A stretch of 64,000 nt of DNA from Paraspadella gotoi (GCA_051294375.1 JBJCIZ010000239.1:2002581-2066580), one strand, 5' to 3'; positions 28,445 through 40,778 are shown, numbered from the stretch's first letter. Notes: a model not told the origin generated them from the sequence alone. Translations and numbers: made by a program.

Positions 28445-28782
28445 GGGCACTGTTTTCCGAAATTATCCTTAAATATTTAATCTAATCCTTAACTTAATCT
28501 TAACTTAATCTTAACTTAATCTTAAGTTAATCTTTAACCATTACTTAATCCAAGCCTAATCCTTAAGACTGAACTATAAATAACGATAACGATAACATTA
28601 AGGATAATAGTATAATCCTTAATATTATTGTCTAACCTTAATCCCAAAACAAATCTCTCATCCTTAACTTTATCCCTAACCTTAATCCCAAACCTTAATC
28701 CTTAACCTATTCTTTAAATAATAAACTTAAAAATAAGATTCTGAATTTAAGCTGAAATGGGGCCATTTTAGAAAATATGACC
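28445..28782 (+). mobile_element. MITE-like element, same family
   Basis: GGGCACTGTTTTCCGAAA ... (CTTAAT/CCCTAA)n ... GGGGCCATTTTAGAAAATATGACC. Confidence 0.5.
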
Positions 28783-29327
28783 TTAAATCTAGCGAAGGTC
28801 GAGAAAGGTTTCAACGGCGATCGGAAAAAATCGATCGTCGATCAAATTTTTTTTGGTTGGGATGAGAAATCGATCGATAAATTACGTTGGCGCCGGAGAG
28901 AGAGAAGAGAGAGAGAGCAGAGAGAGAGAGAGAGGAGAGAGAGAGAGAAGAGAGAGAGAGCGAAGAGAGAGAGAGAGAGGAGAGAGAGAGATGAGAGAGG
29001 AGCGAGTTATAGTTTTTTTTGTTTTTTTAGTAGATTTTTTCGGATGGAATTAACAGGTGTGCATCTCTCGTCGTCTTCAACTGCCGACAAACGACGTGAC
29101 AAACCTAAAAAAAGACACGTTTTCTGCCACCAGATGTCGCGCGCGACGATTCCAGTTACGACGGAGAGCGATACGCCGGAGTCTTTTTAATATTCCGAGT
29201 TTTAGCGACGCGCGCGCGGATTTTGGGCGTGGCAGAGAAGTGAAGCTGGTGAAGCTTGGGAGAGAAACAAAGAGAACGAAGAAAGGTCACTGATGATGGA
29301 CGAGAGAGTGAGAAAGAGAAAGAGAGA

Positions 29328-29406
29328 GGGCAGGGCAGGGCAAGGCAAGGCAAGGCAAGGCAAGGCAAGGCAAGGCAAGGCAAGGCAAGGCAAGGCAAGG
29401 CAAGGT
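29328..29406. repeat. (GGCAA)n microsatellite
   Basis: Direct reading. Confidence 0.95.
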
Positions 29407-30891
29407 AAGGTGAATGTCTAAGATGCCTTGAGGATGGGTTATCACTTACCAATTTGAGAAAGAGACACACACACAGAGATAGAGAGAAGCAAAGACAATT
29501 AAGATCGGATGACTTTTGGACGACGAGGAAATTTGAGCAATTCGGATTATATTATAATTCATTTATATTTTCTTTTCATATGAACGTAAATTCGTTTTAG
29601 TCTAACCAGCGACTGGCCTCCGAGATTTACTCTGTGTCGAGCGAGACGTATGGTTTCAGATACGTATGCAGATACTATGCATCGGTAAATTCGGATTCTT
29701 TTGAAAAATCCATGAGGTTGTCTCCTACAAGAATAGAAAATATCCAACTTAATATTTTTATTTGCTTTTTTTTTAAATTAAAATGACGCGTGACATCGTG
29801 GTTCAATTCTTTGCCGAAGATGACGCGGCTTTGCGATCTACCTTGGTGTACGGACAGCGTACACATGCCGTACTCTTTTAAGCAACGTCCGTCGTTGGTT
29901 GTACAATTCCCTCGTATCAAGGATTTATTTTTATTCGTTTTATATTCATTTTATATTCTATTCACGCGAGGTCGAACTCGTTCATTGCGATGAGGCGTGC
30001 AACTTGTCCTTTGCGGGCCATTGTCGTTGTTTCTCGAAGGATGAGATGCGTGCCAGCCTAGATTGACCTGAAAAAGTCGTTCGTGACTTTCTTTTCTTGT
30101 TTATGGCGCGTGAGTGTAGGACGATGCGAAAATCGAAGATGCTGAACATCTCGTTTTCACTTTTTAAGCTTTCCTGCGCCAACGTCACGAAAAAAACAAG
30201 AACAAGAAACCTTCGGCTCGGGCAAGCAAAAGTAGATAGCAGGAGCAGCGTGAAACCAAGGAAAATCTCCTCTTTTNNNNNNNNNNNNNNNNNNNNNNNN
30301 NGTGAAAACCAAGGAAACCCTGTTGCTTGTGTCCACAAACTCTGTATTCTCTCGAGATTCACAAATGAGATTCGCGGATGAGTCATCGTCGTTTCTTCAC
30401 AAATTCACGCGGCCGGTTTTTATTTTTTTGCTGACTCGTTGCTGATGGTCGCGATGCTCGGTATCTGAGGAGTTTGGGAGAAAGTTTCGGTTAATAAAAA
30501 GATAATTGTTAAATAAGCTACTATTGATACAAACGAAGAGTTCAAAATAAACGTTTTTGAAGAAAACAGTTTTGCATTTTTGTTTAAATGTTGAAAATAT
30601 TTTTAGCGAAACGTTAATTAGCAATTGCAAGCAATAAAGGCAAATGAAAACATATTAAAATAAAACAAAACAAAAATTTACAGTAAACAAAGCAAAACTC
30701 GATGAATAAAAAACAAAACGAAGAAACTCGTAGGAGAGAGAGATGAGCGAGCTAAGCCGTGGTGCTTTCGAGTTCGGTGAGAAATACAGACTTCGAACTC
30801 CTTCTGAGATTCGGGGCCCTGTCGATCCGGCGGAGATTCGCGTGTTGAAGGAACGGGGCCCCGATCGAGCCTTGTGGGTTTCGTGAATCTC

Positions 30892-30979
<88 letters not shown>

Positions 30980-31251
30980 GTTTTTAGAAGAAGTCTTTTT
31001 GAATCTCGTGGAGCGCTCTCTCTCTCTCTCTCTCTCAGATAGAGAAGCCAGGACTTTTCTTTTCTTGGAATATCAAGAAAATAAGTAACAAGTAAACGGA
31101 GAGAAGGACAATATTTCTTTCTTTTTTTTTTGAGAAAAATATCCTTACATAACAAAAAAAAATTTAAAAAGTTAAAAAATAAGTTATTTAAAACATCTGG
31201 ATTCGCTTTTTTTTGGTATTTTTTTTTGTTTCTTGCTCACTTTCACTCTGA

Positions 31252-31317
<66 letters not shown>

Positions 31318-32609
31318 TATTCAAGATTTTCGGGGAGAGAGAGAGAGAGAGAGAGAGGTTCGCTTCGTGTTGTAGGTCGCTTTATCCATCTCCCTCCACT
31401 TTGGTAGTCATCTTGGAGGAGGAAGAGGAGGAAGAAGAGGAGGAGGAGGTGGAAGAGGAAGAAGAGGAGGAAGAGTGGGAGGATGATGATGATCGGAGAG
31501 AGGATGCGAAAAAAAAATATCGAAATGAAGACGAACAGAGGAACTCGGTTGTCGTCGTTGTCGTCGTGGTTGTTGTTGTGGTTTGAACGAATCGGGGGAG
31601 GGAAGATCACAAACCTGTTGTCGTTGTTGTCGTTGTCGTCGGGAAAAGTTACGCCCACGATTCTCTGGCTGATCACGTGATCGGAAGTAGCGCGTCGATG
31701 AGACAAAGAGAAGAGGAGGAAGAGAAAGGAGAAAAAGGGAGGAAGGGAAGGGAAAAGAAAAGAAAAAGAAAAGAAAAAGAAAAGAAAAAGAAAAAGACAA
31801 AGAAAAAGAAAGAAAAAGACAAAAAAATCAAAAAGAAAATAATAAAAAAAGGAAAAACAAGAGGTAAAGATCAAAAGAACAGACGAGAGAGATAACAATA
31901 ATTAGGAAAAAAAATGTATTCTTAATAATACTTTGTTTTAGAGCTTACGAATCAGTAAAGCTGGAGACAACTATACAAGCTGCTTATCTTTGCATAAATT
32001 AATTATATTTATATTATTGAATTGACGACTATAAATTTCTCAACACAGGAGGAGATTCTGTGGTTGCAGAACTTCCGTCCACTGCTGCGTGCCAAGTGGG
32101 CCACGGAATGTTTCACACCCACTCCGACGCTANNNNNNNNNNNNNNNNNNNNNNNNNNNNNNNNNNNNNNNNNNNNNNNNNNNNNNNNNNNNNNNNNNNN
32201 NNNNNNNNNNNNNNNNNNNNNNNNNNNNNNNNNNNNNNNNNNNNNNNNNNNNNNNNNNNNNNNNNNNNNNNNNNNNNNNNNNNNNNNNNNNNNNNNNNNN
32301 NNNNNNNNNNNNNNNNNNNNNNNNNNNNNNNNNNNNNNNNNNNNNNNNNNNNNNNNNNNNNNNNNNNNNNNNNNNNNNNNNNNNNNNNNNNAAAAAAAAG
32401 GGGAAAAATAGGAAAACAAGAACGGTAAATCCAATGTGTTGCGGCGCAGTGTGTATTTCCTTTTGATCACATATGACATAACATGACATGACTAACAAAC
32501 TTTCTTTGCCCGTGTATTTATGACATGCACTGCATCAAAAATCGTCTTTTATTCCTTATAGTTTTAGGATTTCCTGAAGCCGGGGCTAGCAGTCCCTTAA
32601 ATTTAAGGG

Positions 32610-32746
32610 TTTTTTTTTGGCTTAACAAACAAGCAATCAACTATTAGCAAATTATATGTTAAAAATGCACGGACAGACAGACTTAGCGACCAACCGAAAA
32701 GTGACTTATAGAGTTGCTCCGCGAGTACTCGCGGTGCAACTAAAAA
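32610..32746. mobile_element. Helentron-associated (HINE/DINE-1-like) short element end
   Basis: ACGGACAGACAGAC microsatellite, then CTTATAG and a long hairpin AGTTGC-T-CCGCGAGT|ACTCGCGG-T-GCAACT (32712-32741) ending in AAAAA. Confidence 0.5.
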
Positions 32747-32767
32747 TAGGAAAACAAAGTGAGTAAA

Positions 32768-33020
32768 GAGAAAAGAAGGGATTGAAAAGAGAAAAGGGAT
32801 TGAAAACAGAAAAGGGATAGAAAACAGAAAAGAAGGGATTTGAAAACAGAAAAGAAGGGATTGAAAACAGAAAAGAAGGGATTGAAAACAGAAAAGAAGG
32901 GATTGAAAACAGAAAAGAAGGGATTGATAACAGAATAGAAGGGATTTGAAAACAGAATAGAAGGGATTTGAAAACAGAAAAGAAGGGATTTCAAGACAGA
33001 AAAGAAGGGATTGAAAACAG
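32768..33020. repeat. ~21-bp minisatellite (GAAAACAGAAAAGAAGGGATT)n
   Basis: About 12 tandem units; repeated in the duplicate block at ~41735-42025. Confidence 0.9.
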
Positions 33021-33344
33021 CAAGGGAGAATATTATCGTTTCTCAACTGAACACGAAAATAAAACGAAACAAGTTTGAACCAGTTGGAAATTCGTTTTAT
33101 AACCATGTTACTGACGAATATAATATAATATATTTTCATAAGGAAATTACTTCATTTAATTGGTTATTAAAATACTTTTTTTCCAATTGACTTAAAATTG
33201 GTACAATCAACAGAAAAATCATTTAATAAACCACCCGTTTTGACTTTGGTCATTTTGACCTTTTGGCGACTTAAAATGGACCACCGTGCATACTGAATAG
33301 ACTGGTCAGTGGTCAGGGTCAACCATCGTGATACTAACACAGTG

Positions 33345-33590
33345 AAGAGACAGTAATTATTATTATGTATTAGTGACAGAACCGTTCAATATAAGCAGTC
33401 CCTGAGCTTCGGATCAGGCTGTAACACCGTGTTACAGGCGGGTTAAGCGCCCCGTCCCTCTTAACTGCTAGGCGACTACCGGGCTAGAACCCGGGACCCT
33501 AGGGTTGGGAGGCGAATGACTTGCCTCCTGCACCAATGGCCGGTGATGAACGGTTGGTGGATTTTATTCCACCATAATAGCGACTTTTGC
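33345..33590 (-). mobile_element. tRNA-related SINE-like element
   Basis: Minus strand has A-box-like TGGTGCAGGAGG, tRNA-Gly-like TTCGCCTCCCAA and B-box GGTTCTAGCCC. An independent copy lies at ~54175-54440. Confidence 0.65.
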
Positions 33591-33668
33591 CATGATTCTT
33601 CGTTGCGTTTGGATTAAGATAAAAATTGATATATTTTTTATCACAGCAAAGATCTTCGTTAGAATAAA

Positions 33669-33715
33669 CAACAGACAAGTTTTGGCCCTTATTTTACAAG
33701 CTTTCATCAGCGTTT
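33669..33715 (-). ncRNA. Decayed hammerhead-like motif
   Basis: aaacg-CTGATGA-aagctt-gtaaaat-aagggcc-AAAA-cttGTC-tgtt. Shares aaacgCTGATGA with the 56351 motif, but GAAA is mutated. Confidence 0.45.
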
Positions 33716-35512
33716 GAAAGTAAAATTATTTAATTTAAAACTAAAACTGATAGTTTCGACTGTCAGGTTAAGTTAAATTTTAACCAATTTTTTTTTTCTG
33801 TTCCTGCTAAATCCCACATTGTTTTGACGTTCGTATGGAGCGACACGTGCGTTCCCGCGTGGAGTGAAAGTTCGACGTCCGCGGAGTCATCGGCGGGCAA
33901 CATCTCGATTGAGACCGGCCCAAATTATTAGGAGAAGTGGGAGGGAAAAGGGGAAATTAATATCTGTCTTATTTTTACTTTTGCAATGTTTGAATTGTCT
34001 CGGGAGGGAACAATTTTAACTCCGTTGGGGGTTTAATTTTAACTGTTTTTAACTCACGTTTTCAACATTTTAAACGTAAACATTTCTCGTCGACTATACT
34101 CTGTTTGTTGATATTTAAAACTTACCAACGAGTTCCAAAATCTGTAGGTCATTTAAGAAAGGACCAAAGTCAGCCAACGTGATCGAAACCAAATTTACAA
34201 AGGCTCAAACTCACTGTCACTCTGGGGCCAATCCAAGTTGGAATCTGTTTAGAAATCGGACCCCCTCGTTCAAGATGCTATAAGCGATGAACGAACGTAG
34301 GTCAGGCTTGGAAAGAAGATGCTCAACGGTTGGCGATAAAAGCTTCGAATCCTCAATGTTTAACTCACAAGAACTGCTAAAGTAGATCGTCAAGCTATGT
34401 TTTACGAAAGCATCCTATTTAAGCATATATTTAAAAAATCTAACAAAATGAAAATTAAATATTTAAAATAAATATTAGAATAAAGATTCAAGTTAAGGTT
34501 TAGAATAAGGGATTAAAGAATATAAAACATTTAAATTTTTTTTAATAATATTTGAAATAAATTATAATATTAATTTTAATTTTTTAAGGATAGAATTTAG
34601 CACTTTTGTAAAATTAGTTTGACCGCCTTTTAGATTTCTACAAACAGAAATAAATTTTATATCTTTGTCTAATCACTTTGAGAGAGCAAATATCTCTACC
34701 ATTTATTTTGTTAGAATAGTCTCATTTTTAAAAGAATTTTAAAAATATATTTGCTTCCTTTTAACTTTAAAAGTCGCTCGTATCCGACAGGCGTCGCTTC
34801 TGTTTCTAAACTCGTAGGAAAATAACTTTAAAGAACAAATGAACAAACAAATGTGACACTTTATTATTTTAAAAATTAAAAGCCGATCCGTGTAATAAGT
34901 ATATGCAAAACTAATTTGCTTGAATGACTTATTCACACTAAAAAACTTTTTTTACAAATATTATACATAAAAAACGACATCTATAACTAACGAATGATGC
35001 AATATTAAATCTTATTTACAATAATAATTTGTCTATTGTCTCAGGCAGTGAGGTAGCTGAATAAAAAAAGCCTGTACAAGGTAAAAATAGGTATTAATAA
35101 TACATCGCATCATAAAAGTAACGTAAACGGTAAAAAAAATTAAAAAAGAAACTTCAATTATTGGTTAAGATTTTTCTAAGTTCAATTACGAATGTTCAAA
35201 CAAACATAAGGAGAAAAAATGGTATAAAAAAGTGTTCATTCGTGTATCAAAGAGCACTTCATTAGTTTATTGCTTAAAATCATAATATCTTTAAAACATT
35301 GGTCGTAATTTTTAAAGTGTATACCAAGTTGCATTACTAATTAAGAAAATTAAAAAAAAAAAACAACAAAACTTAACAGAATTCAAACAAACCTAGAAAA
35401 AGTTCCCGCCTTCTCCCACCTTACTAACAACCCTCCTTTGACTAATCGTAGTAATACGTAACAGCCTATTAAGTATTATAATTCTTCCTCTCCCTCTCTC
35501 CCCTTTTTCTAA

Positions 35513-36019
35513 TCATTCCCCGCCCTCTCTCTTCCCTCTCCCCCTCCTCCTCCCTGCCCTAGCTCTCCTTTTATTCTGATCGTTCTCGATCGACACGTAA
35601 TTGGAGCATTGCTCCGGCAGCGCCGCTCGAATCTCCTCCACGTTGACCACCTGCCGCTCCAGCTCGTCGTATTCCCGCTGATGGAGTCGAATGAGCGTCT
35701 CGTGCTGTCGAGCGCCGATTTCCATCCACGACAATCGGGCGTCGAGATCGAGAGCGGCGACGGCGGACTCGGCGGCGTCCAACTCTTTCGTCAAAGACTC
35801 CAACGCGTCCGGGTCGGCCACTTCCACGTCCTTTAAATCGTCGAGAATGCGAGCCAAGTCGCGGAGCACGGCGTCGGCTTGTCGGCCAACGGCGGCGCCG
35901 GTGTCGGCGGCGTCGTCGGCCACGCGGAGGGCGTCGTCGGCTCGGGCTGCGTCGGAGGCGGCGTCGGCGGCTGCCGCGGCGAGTTTGGCCTCGGTCGCGT
36001 TGACGACGGATTCGAGAAC
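35513..36019 (-). CDS. LAMC1: Laminin gamma last coding exon
   Basis: 507 nt to TGA. Ends ...VVNVEEIRAALPEQCSNYVSIE-NDQNKRRARAGRRRGRGKREGGE*, matching the gamma-chain terminal LP..C.N...IE motif. Confidence 0.93.
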   Translation of the reverse strand, partial: VLESVVNATEAKLAAAAADAASDAARADDALRVADDAADTGAAVGRQADAVLRDLARILDDLKDVEVADPDALESLTKELDAAESAVAALDLDARLSWMEIGARQHETLIRLHQREYDELERQVVNVEEIRAALPEQCSNYVSIENDQNKRRARAGRRRGRGKREGGE

Positions 36020-36441
36020 CTTTTGAGGTTTTGGAAGGTAAGGGGATTAATCGATTTTGTATTAAATTGTTTTATATATGTAAATAAATTAATTATGAAT
36101 TTATTAAGTAAATGGTTTAAATATTTTACAAGTTTAAAAATAAATTTTAAACCAACACTAGAATTCGCAAATTCAAGGAAAGAAAAACATTTTAATTTTT
36201 TTCCATGAAAATAAACGAAGATTTATAATCTCATTTACATATAGCAGCAAATCTAATAATGAAAATTTTTAAATCTTAATTAAGGATTATAAGTTTTAGA
36301 TAAGATTTTTCCACGCAAATATGATAAAAGTAGAACAAAATAAGATAAATTAAAAAAAACACGCAAAGCCACAATAAACATATTTGACATAATAATAAAT
36401 AAACAACAAAAAATCAAGCGCCAAACTTCCCCCAACTTCAC

Positions 36442-36828
36442 CTCCGCCTTCTCGACCACCTCCTCCCCCTTCCCCCTCGTCTCCTCCATGTCCTCCAGCA
36501 TCTCCCCAATCTCCTCGTCCACGGCGCCGACGATCCTCTCCGCCTCCACGGCGTCGGCGAAGGCCGTCTCGGCGTCGCCGCCGGCGGTGAGGAGCTCCCG
36601 ATTAGCGGCCTTGGCCGCGTCTTTGGCGTCCTCGACGGCGCGGCGCACCTCCTCCGCCTTGTCAAGCGCCTCGTCGGCTTCGGCCTTGGAGTCTTCCACG
36701 CGGTCGTTGAAGTGTCGCAGAGTCTCCAGCGTCTCCTCCGCTTCCTTCAGGATTCCGTCGGCGGCGGATTTGGCGGACTTGGCGCGGTGGAAGGCGGCGT
36801 CCGCGTCGGCGAGAAGCTCGTTGAGGAC
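36442..36828 (-). CDS. LAMC1: Laminin gamma exon 16 (coiled coil)
   Basis: 387 nt, phase 0-0. Encodes VLNELLADADAAFHRAKSA...ETLRHFNDRVEDSKAEADEAL...VVEKAE. Confidence 0.93.
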
Positions 36829-37119
36829 CTGTTGGGGGTGCAGTGGGAGTGATGAGGATTGAGCAGTGATAAGGTGGGTGGGGGTGTTGAGATGTGATGG
36901 ATGTAGGAGCTTTGTGATAAATTTTTCTTCGAGTTATGACAAAATGCTTGAAACAATTACAATTATAAACAATTACTGAAAGGGTCATTAATGTTCCAAA
37001 AAAATCCCATAATTAACAAATAAAAAAATATAAAAAATAAACAAAAATGAACAAAAACAATTAAAAACAAAACAAAAAATAAAGCTAATAAAAGCCACAA
37101 AAGAGAAAAAATCCCTGAC

Positions 37120-38606
37120 CTGCCCCAAAGCGTAGGACTCGTTGTACAACTTTCCGGCCACGCCCATTTCCGCCTCCATCTCCTTCAAAGCCTCCGCGTA
37201 ATCCGCCTTCAATTTCTCCGCCGCCGACGTCACCGCCGCCGCCTCCGCCGCTATCTCGGCGGCGTCCTTGGCGATCTTCTCGGCGCTCACGGTCGGCGCT
37301 CCGGCGTCGAGAACGGAGCCGCGAATTTTCTCGGCGTCGTCCCGCGCCGCCTTGGCTTTATCGAAAGCCAGCGCCGCAGCGGACTCCAGCACCGTCGCCC
37401 GCGAATCCAGCGCCGCAGCCTCTTCCTTCAAGCGCCGCAAATCACGCCGGACGTCGCCGTTCTTCTGCAACGCCTCGTCCAACATGGCCGCCGCCGAGCG
37501 CGACGTGGCCAAAGCCTCTTCGGCGTCGGCCGACACGTTGGCGGCTTTGTTGGTTTGATGATCGGCGAGATGTCGGGTCTTTCGAGCGATGGCGGCCAAT
37601 TCGTCGGCTTCTTTCTTCTCGTTCCTCTGCGCCTTCTTGGCGGCGTCGGTCGCATCTGCTCCTTCTCCCTCGATCAGCTCGTCCAGATCCTTCAGAAGCT
37701 TCTCGATTCTCTCCAACGCTTCGTCGACGTCGTCCCTCGTCTTCCTCGCAGCCTCCAACTTTTCTTCGGCCGTCATCGTCTTGTCGGCCAACATCTCCGC
37801 GTCGTCCTTCAACTCCTTCAACGCTTCCTTCAACTCTTTCGCCCGATGCAGCCGACCCTCCTCCGGTCGATCCTCTTCCTCCACCTTCGTCCTCAACACC
37901 TCCAACATCCCGTCAACTTCCTTCAAAAGATTCTCGAATTGCGTGTCGTTGATATCCACGGCCAATTTGGGTCCTCCGCTGAGCAACAGGCGTTTGAATC
38001 GCTCCACCGCCTGACGATGGTCGTCGACCTTGTCCCGAATCAGTCCGTAACAGGCGGGACATTCCCTGCACCTGCCTTCGTTCGTCCTCAGACCAAACAT
38101 GTTCTCCGCGCACCTGTCGCACCTGACGCCTTCCACGTTCTCCCGACAGATGCATTGACCGTTGTCCCGGCACTGCGCCGTTTCGCTCCCTTCCGGATCG
38201 CACTTGCAGTCTCGGCATCCGGCGAAGGAGAACCGATAGAATCCGGCGGCGCATTGGGCGCAACGCCTGCCGTTGACGCCGCTCTTACAGGCGCACTGAC
38301 CAGTCGCCTGATCGCATTCATCGTTGAGAGAACCCGTGGGGTCGCAGGAGCAAGGTTGACACCCGCGACCCGAGGCTAGGTTCCAGTAGCCGGCGCCGCA
38401 GCGATTGCAGCGCCGACCGGAGACGTGGGGTCGGCAGGGGCATTTGCCGCTGCGTTGGTCGCAGGAGAGGGAAGAGGAGGAAGAAGAGAGGGAAGAGGAG
38501 GAAGAAGAGATGGTGCCGTTTGGATGGCATTCGCATGGCAAACATTTGCCACCGGAAACGACCGCGTTGCCATAGAAACCGTCGGCGCAGCGGTCGCAGT
38601 GAAAAC
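37120..38606 (-). CDS. LAMC1: Laminin gamma exon 15 (last LE repeats and start of coiled coil)
   Basis: Open 1487-nt exon: LE repeats, then CRECPACYGLIRDKVDDHR (the CPACY hinge typical of gamma chains), then heptad-rich helix; ttacag/gtcagg boundaries. Confidence 0.96.
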
Positions 38607-39451
38607 CTGTAAGAAAAAAAAGAGTATCATCATATTATTCATAACTCCGAATGTTCTTTAAAGAGGAACAAACTCCATCCATGGCTACTAAAGCGCAGTA
38701 AAAATTCTAAATTTAACTTTAATTAAAATCCTAAAAGTGAGGAACGAACAATATTAAGCTAATGAACATTTAGTTATAAAAAAAATTTATAATAAATTTT
38801 ACAATTTAAGCAGTAGGACATTTATACCAGTACTAATCCAATAAATTTTAGCATTTCAAAATAGTTTTTTGTATGATTTTTTTGAAGATTTTGATATAAA
38901 AAAAATAACTTTTTTTAAAAAATTTTTTCATTAAGTTGATCAAATATAAAAAAGACCTATATTTTAAGCTAAAAATTAAAATATATATTAAATATAGTTT
39001 TTTTAACCCACTTTATGTAAGAATTTTTAAAAATGATTTATATTTTCTTTTATCAACTTTTGACAAGGAATTCAAATATGTAATCAAAATTAAGAAAAGC
39101 CTATTTTGAAATTTTTCGATTTTATAAGGATAATACTATATATAAATATATATATTATATTACAAAAATTTAAGAATATAAAATTATTTTTTTTAATAAA
39201 TTAATATTCACTGATGGCATGTTGTTCATAATTGACATTTAGAATTTTTGTATATAACTTTCACTACACTAATGGCTACTAAATAGGCTAGAACCTCTTA
39301 TTCAGTGACAAACATAAAAAAATATGTAGCATTATATTTAGAATAAATTAAACAAAATAATAATAATGAAAAATCCTAAATTTTCTCTTTTCACTGCCGA
39401 TGTTCATTTGTTTCCTCTCAAACTTCATCTCCCAATACGACCACTACCGAC

Positions 39452-39613
39452 CTCCAGTGTTGCGAATGCACTTGAGACACTCGCCCGTCGTTCGATCGCA
39501 ATTGGCGACGGCGTTGGCGTCGATGTTGCCCGAACATTCGCACGGGCGACACTCGCAGCCCGGACGTCCGATCTCGTCCGTGTTGCACCGCGAGAGGTCG
39601 CCGAAGTGCCCGT
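39452..39613 (-). CDS. LAMC1: Laminin gamma exon 14 (nidogen-binding LE module)
   Basis: Encodes [60 protein letters not shown] is the gamma1 nidogen-binding motif. Confidence 0.95.
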
Positions 39614-39946
39614 CTAAGGGTTTTGGCAAAAGGGGGGGAAAAAAAAGGGGAAAGATGTGCGCCGAGTTTTTGGATCGAACGATTAAATGTAAATTGTAAT
39701 TCTGGTTTTTTTTAATCGTTAATTTATAACTCAATTCGTTAATTCATTTCAAAGTTAGTTCAGTCATTGTGTCATTCGTTTACTATTATTTTTATACCAT
39801 TTATTCCTTTCCATAACCATAATTTTATAATTCCTTAAATTCACTAATTGGTTTAATTCATTTAGCCCCTAGTTCCTTTTTTAACTTTCATCCCTTCTCT
39901 CTCATTAATTACTAACATTCATTCATTCATTCATTCCCAATCTCAC

Positions 39947-40301
39947 CAGCGCAAACGTCGCACCGGGTCCCAGTATATCCTTCGGGACAAGCGGTACACA
40001 CCACGCCCCCGTCGTCGGTGGTCGCGCAAACCCCGCCTCTCGGACAAGGACACTTGCGGCAATCCTCGGCCGTTCCCCGGAGTGCGTCGCCGTAGAATCC
40101 CGGCGCGCAACGTTCGCAGTTGTCGCCGACGGTGTTGTGCTTGCAGATGCAGCGTCCCGTCCGAACGTCGCAGGTGTCGGAGTGAGAGTTACAGGTGCAA
40201 GGGACGCAAGGGGTCAAGGGGTCGTCGTCTTGAGTTTGGCGACGAAATCCGGGGGCGCAACTTTCGCAGAATTGACCCACGTAGCCGGAGGGACAGGTGC
40301 A
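39947..40301 (-). CDS. LAMC1: Laminin gamma exon 13 (LE repeats)
   Basis: Clean 355-nt exon encoding [21 protein letters not shown]...[14 protein letters not shown]. Confidence 0.95.
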
Positions 40302-40541
40302 CTGTGGGTTTGGATGGGGGGGATAACAAAAAACTGAACAAATTTAACAATTGAAAATTAATTACTAAGACGGTGGATTTTAATGTTTTACTGTTTACAG
40401 CGGCCAATGAAGTCGGGAGCAAGTATTCGCCAAAAAGAAAAAAAATGAAAAAAAGTTTAAAAAAACACGAAACGAGACCAAATTAAAACAAAACACTAAC
40501 CCCCCCGTTTTAACCTCACCCCACGAACCCACCCCACTCAC

Positions 40542-40778
40542 CTGTTCCACGAACTTTTCCGCTCCCCCTCCGCCCCCGGTTCGTCGAGCGCCCCCTAGCC
40601 TCACTTCGTCCACTTCCCCGTCTTCGCCTCGCTCGTAGTTGGCGCGGATCCGCAGCGCCGTCAGGTTGGCCATCAGCGTTTGGAATTGCAGCGCCGACAG
40701 TCGCGGCGTCCAGGAGAAGTTTGGTCCTCGTTGAGGCGGAACTTGTAGCGGCGCCACTGTTGGTCGGGAGGCGTTGCC
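40542..40778 (-). CDS. LAMC1: Laminin gamma exon 12 (L4 domain)
   Basis: GN..PDQQWRRYKFRLNED.NFSWTPRLSALQFQTLMANLTALRIRANYE...FVEQ, with two small frameshifts in the 5' part; gtgagt donor. Confidence 0.9.

Noticed and set aside
30743-30886. 47-aa ATG ORF (MSELSRGAFEFG...)
   Set aside because: No recognisable motif, contains an internal short repeat, and a length expected by chance in a GC-rich patch.
31401-31895. Acidic (poly-E) and Lys-rich ORFs
   Set aside because: Translations of GAG/GAA/AAAAG simple repeats, with no domain or convincing splice context.
37268-38379. Long plus-strand ORFs (up to 274 aa)
   Set aside because: Antisense shadows of the GC-rich laminin exon 15.
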